Part shown: piece by piece, positions 60,871 to 64,000 of the stretch
How the letters are laid out: each line of letters opens with the position of its first letter
Position numbering within the stretch: the first letter of the stretch is position 1
Origin: Gemmatimonadales bacterium
GTDB taxonomy: Bacteria > Gemmatimonadota > Gemmatimonadetes > Gemmatimonadales > GWC2-71-9
Length of the DNA stretch: 64,000 nt
Direction: 5' to 3'
Assembly: GCA_965249575.1 (NCBI GenBank)
Contig: OZ252244.1
Span: 1-64,000 of the forward strand
Notes under the pieces: model-generated
What the model was told of the DNA's origin: nothing
The model's database searches: none
The model's input: the letters and a program-made list of their open reading frames with translations, nothing else
Made by a program: the position numbers and the translations under genes

Positions 60871-62153
60871 CGGCCCCACACGCTCTCGTCTCGCGTGACG
60901 CGTCCGCGTTCGGCCGACGCCACGCAGTCAGCGAGGCTGCCGTAGACGACGTCGTAGCCGGTATTCGCCGGGGTGTAGTGAGCGAATTTTCCGGAATTCG
61001 TCATGAGCACACCGCCCCGCTCCGGGAGAATCGGCGTCACGACGACACACGTATCCGCGACGAGCTCTATCCCGGCATTGCGAAGAGTAGCGACCCGTCC
61101 GGCGCGTTCGAGCGTCTCCAATACTCCCCGACTCGTGCAGACGTAAAACGGCACGCGAAAACGCCCGCCGGACATCAGCCGCCCCAGCTCATCGAACTCA
61201 GACAGCGAGAAATGGGGGCTCCCAAGGGCAACCGCGTCGATCGTTTCGCTCCTTGTGGTCGACAGCCCGTCCCTCGCCGCTCGGAGCATGTCCGCCGTGA
61301 CGTCGACCGATCGCTCCGGCCGTGTGTTCCCGAGCGCCGTACGGACGTCGGGCGCCTCGGGGGTCACACCCGCCACGTGAAACAATCCGACTGCGCCCGT
61401 CGAAGCAGCCGCAGCCCCCAGCGCCTTGAGTCGATCCTCCGTCCCGCAACCCTCCAGTCCATCGATGACGGCGACGGCACCCCCCACCTCTGTCCCGAGC
61501 CACGTACCGAGCACCGGGTAGAACACATCGGTCGCCCGGAGCGCCTTGGGCAAGGACGCCGTGTTCACGAGCACCGTGGCGTGCCGATTTGCCGGGACGT
61601 GCAGACCGGTGAGCGGTGCCCGCCCTACCACCGCGCAGCAGATATCGAGGAAGTCGCCGTAACGATTGGTACGCGCCCCAAGGACCGAGTTCGCGAAGGC
61701 CACGGCGTTGCTCTCACCCCAAGCGACCTGCTCGCCCAGCTTTGGACGATGCCCCACTTGATACGGCGCGCACGTCCAGGTCGGCCGGCACCCCAGGGCT
61801 TCATAGGCCTTCATCAAGCGAAACGCCATTCTCGAGCGATGCGGATCCGTTTTGACCCGACGAGGATTCAGGAGATCGAGCGCCCCCACGTTCAGGGTGG
61901 TGGGAACACGCACGCGCGCGCCCGACCCTACCAGGCGCTCCGCGAATTCGACGCCGCCATCTCCGTGGTACAGGCATCCATCTATATGCGCCGACGTGAT
62001 CTCGACCAGTTGGTCCGCGCCCATGAGTGCGGCCATTTCGAGCAGGACCCGCATCCCAATCGCGGCACCCTCACCCTCGGCACCGTTGGCAATGCGTTTT
62101 TCCTCGGAACTCAAGCGGATGGGAGCCAACACGTCTCGCGCGCCAGGTCCCAA
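60867..62153 (-). CDS. Aconitase X catalytic (large) subunit
   Basis: AHIDGC, TCAPY, ESNAVAFANSVLGARTNR, LFHVAGVTPEA, DTC, MTNSGKFAHY; exact start uncertain. Confidence 0.9.
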   Translation of the reverse strand: MGPGARDVLAPIRLSSEEKRIANGAEGEGAAIGMRVLLEMAALMGADQLVEITSAHIDGCLYHGDGGVEFAERLVGSGARVRVPTTLNVGALDLLNPRRVKTDPHRSRMAFRLMKAYEALGCRPTWTCAPYQVGHRPKLGEQVAWGESNAVAFANSVLGARTNRYGDFLDICCAVVGRAPLTGLHVPANRHATVLVNTASLPKALRATDVFYPVLGTWLGTEVGGAVAVIDGLEGCGTEDRLKALGAAAASTGAVGLFHVAGVTPEAPDVRTALGNTRPERSVDVTADMLRAARDGLSTTRSETIDAVALGSPHFSLSEFDELGRLMSGGRFRVPFYVCTSRGVLETLERAGRVATLRNAGIELVADTCVVVTPILPERGGVLMTNSGKFAHYTPANTGYDVVYGSLADCVASAERGRVTRDESVWGR

Positions 62154-62174
62154 CGACCAAGCAACCGTCCGGCG

Positions 62175-63321
62175 TCAGCGAATCTCAAGCGCATGCCGGT
62201 TGACGAGGTCCTGGTAGGTCCGCAACGCTCCACTTGCGTACTCCCGCCTGAAGTCCGCAAATCGCTGGAGGAGCTGCACGCTCCGATAGCCGCGCACGTG
62301 CTGCGGATGGGGGGAGCCATAGGCAAAGTAGCTTCGGATGAGAACGCTCCGCGCGTCCCATGGGAGGGCGGCAACATTCTCCACGAACTCGTCAAGACGA
62401 CCCTGCCGCATCAGGTAAAACTCGACGTTCGACGTGTAAAAGGCAGACACCACTTCTCCGCGCTCAGAGAGATAGCGCGCGATGGCCCGGAGGGCGTGAT
62501 ACGCCGGCTAAATCACCCACCACCGGGATCACCAGGTTCCGGTCCTGCAACGCCTTCACGAACTGGAAATCAACCTCACTCGCGAGGAAGTTCTTGAGAC
62601 GGCCCGCACGATCGCGCTCGAGAAGCAGGGACCGGAAGGTAGGATAGTCGGTGCGAGAGCGCGGATTGAAGCTCGTGAATCTGAGATCCAGTCCGTTTTG
62701 GATGAAGGTATCGTGTATCCGTGCAATCGTCGCCCGGTCCTCGGCGCTCAGCGCGATTCCGAAGGTCGCCACGGCCGCCGGAATCAGATTGCGCACTTGG
62801 TCGGCGCGCCGTGAGGTTGTCGGTGAGGCGTCCACATACTCCACGAGCGCTTCGACTCCGCCACCGGCCAGATCTGAGCGGTCGCGCGGGAGAGGCTTGG
62901 CAAACAGCAGGCTCAAGTACTCGGCCCGATCGCGTGAGGAGGCAAACAGTGCCTTGAAGAGCAGGTGCTGGAGCAGGTTGTCCCGCCGGATGTCGACGAT
63001 AAAGGCGATTGACGGTCTGGAGGCGGCGATATAGCTGAAGTTCTGATCGGGGCCGACACCGAGATACGCGCCCCCTCCGGGGCTCAACCGCTCGAGCTCA
63101 CCCACGACGTGCAGGTAAGACGCCTCGTTGGAGATCAGGTTGTCGGTGTCGAAATAGCCGGGCGGCTCCGAGAGCCGTTCGACGAGGCTCGCGTACGCGG
63201 AGTCGGACGGCGAGCCATGCCGCTGCGCAGCCGAGCCGCGGCACGCGGGAGCGTGAGCCGCGGCCGCCATCGCTACCAACCCGAGGACGATCCATCGCTG
63301 CGGGACTGGGAGATGGATCAC
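62175..63321 (-). pseudogene. Uncharacterised secreted protein gene interrupted by a 1-nt frameshift near 62500 (pseudogene or assembly error)
   Basis: ORF 62464-63342 (LSEPPGYFDTDNLISNE, YLGVGPDQNFSYIA, PVVGDLAG) continues in the next frame as HALRAIARYLSERGEVVSAFYTSNVEFYL (ORF ending at 62175). Confidence 0.75.
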
Positions 63322-63369
63322 TTCACGGCGCCGACTCCCCAAAACCGGAGGCGGTTAGGTCAGTTTCGC

Positions 63370-64000
63370 TTACCGGCCCACTCGCGCAAGATACGCACGG
63401 GCCTCTTCAACATGAGCGATAGCGGCACGGAAATGTCGCTCGCGCTCACGTTTGAATGGTATGTTCGCCGTGCTCGCGGCGCTATGGAGCAGCAGCTCGA
63501 GCTCGTGCATGGCGCCCCCGAGCGCTTGGTTCGCCATCCTGACGTTCACGTCCGCGTCCGCGCCCGGCGGGCGCACTGGCAAGCGCGCCAGCGTGCCCAA
63601 TCGATCACGCCAGACCTGGGACCACTCCAGCCACTTCCCCTCCGAGCGGCGGGCCGGCGGTGTCGCGAGGGCGGCGTCCACAACGGCCTCACCGATCTGA
63701 CCGCTCTCCCGCTGGCCTAGCCTTATGGTGCGCTGCAACTCGTCCGCGAGGTCTCTCAGGTCGCGGACCGTTACGCGGTCGACCTCCGGGACCGGAGCCG
63801 CTTGCGCCACATCCATCGCAGGAGTGGAGACGCCGAACCAACTCGCCGGTCGAAACACCTGGCCCCGCACGCGCTCCCAGTCCGAGCGGATCCTTGACAG
63901 GTCGGCCATCGCATATCCAACGTCGGCTTGCGCGTCGAGCGCGCCGGCAAAGTCGTACAGTCTCCCCCAGGCCCGGTGCCGCAACTGGTCCTGGCCATTT
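63370..64000 (-). CDS. Hypothetical protein, 5'-partial
   Basis: Frame is open to the window edge; helical and Ala/Arg-rich; no recognisable motif. Confidence 0.5.
   Translation of the reverse strand, partial: NGQDQLRHRAWGRLYDFAGALDAQADVGYAMADLSRIRSDWERVRGQVFRPASWFGVSTPAMDVAQAAPVPEVDRVTVRDLRDLADELQRTIRLGQRESGQIGEAVVDAALATPPARRSEGKWLEWSQVWRDRLGTLARLPVRPPGADADVNVRMANQALGGAMHELELLLHSAASTANIPFKRERERHFRAAIAHVEEARAYLARVGR

Noticed and set aside
60816..62597. 593-aa ORF on the + strand
   Set aside because: Antisense shadow of the aconitase X gene; no start context or motifs.

Overview
High-GC bacterial chromosome segment made almost entirely of housekeeping genes. The gene order suggests Gemmatimonadota, but this is an inference. 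A + strand block (der-plsY-gpsA-merR-surE-pcm-dedA-acyP-apt-tRNA-Arg-TPR) and a ~51 kb uninterrupted - strand block converge on a 222-bp intergenic region (6575-6796). That region holds a clear XerC/D dif site and, 15 bp away, a perfect DnaA box, so the window very probably spans the replication terminus. The - strand block contains nuoA-N, pmm, UPF0182, sucCD, EIIA-CBS, ndk, yceD-rpmF-plsX-fabHDG-acpP-fabF, mqnEAC, purE, ispF, xerD, kdsB-pyrG-kdsA-lptCAB-rpoN, an 8-gene lipid-linked glycan modification cassette and dapF. The right end has dcd, a Zn-finger membrane protein, a split aconitase X coupled to a cytochrome c, and a frameshifted secreted protein. The most interesting signals are dif plus DnaA box, the Arn-like glycan cassette with a FemABX-type transferase, an LptB with a ~140-aa N-terminal winged-helix-like extension, a PTS-EIIA/CBS protein between sucD and ndk, a structured ~180-nt sucC leader, a Rex box on nuoA and several leaderless-type promoters. 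I saw no CRISPR array, rRNA or mobile element. All calls come from manual motif reading without database searches, and many start codons were re-assigned from the ORF track.
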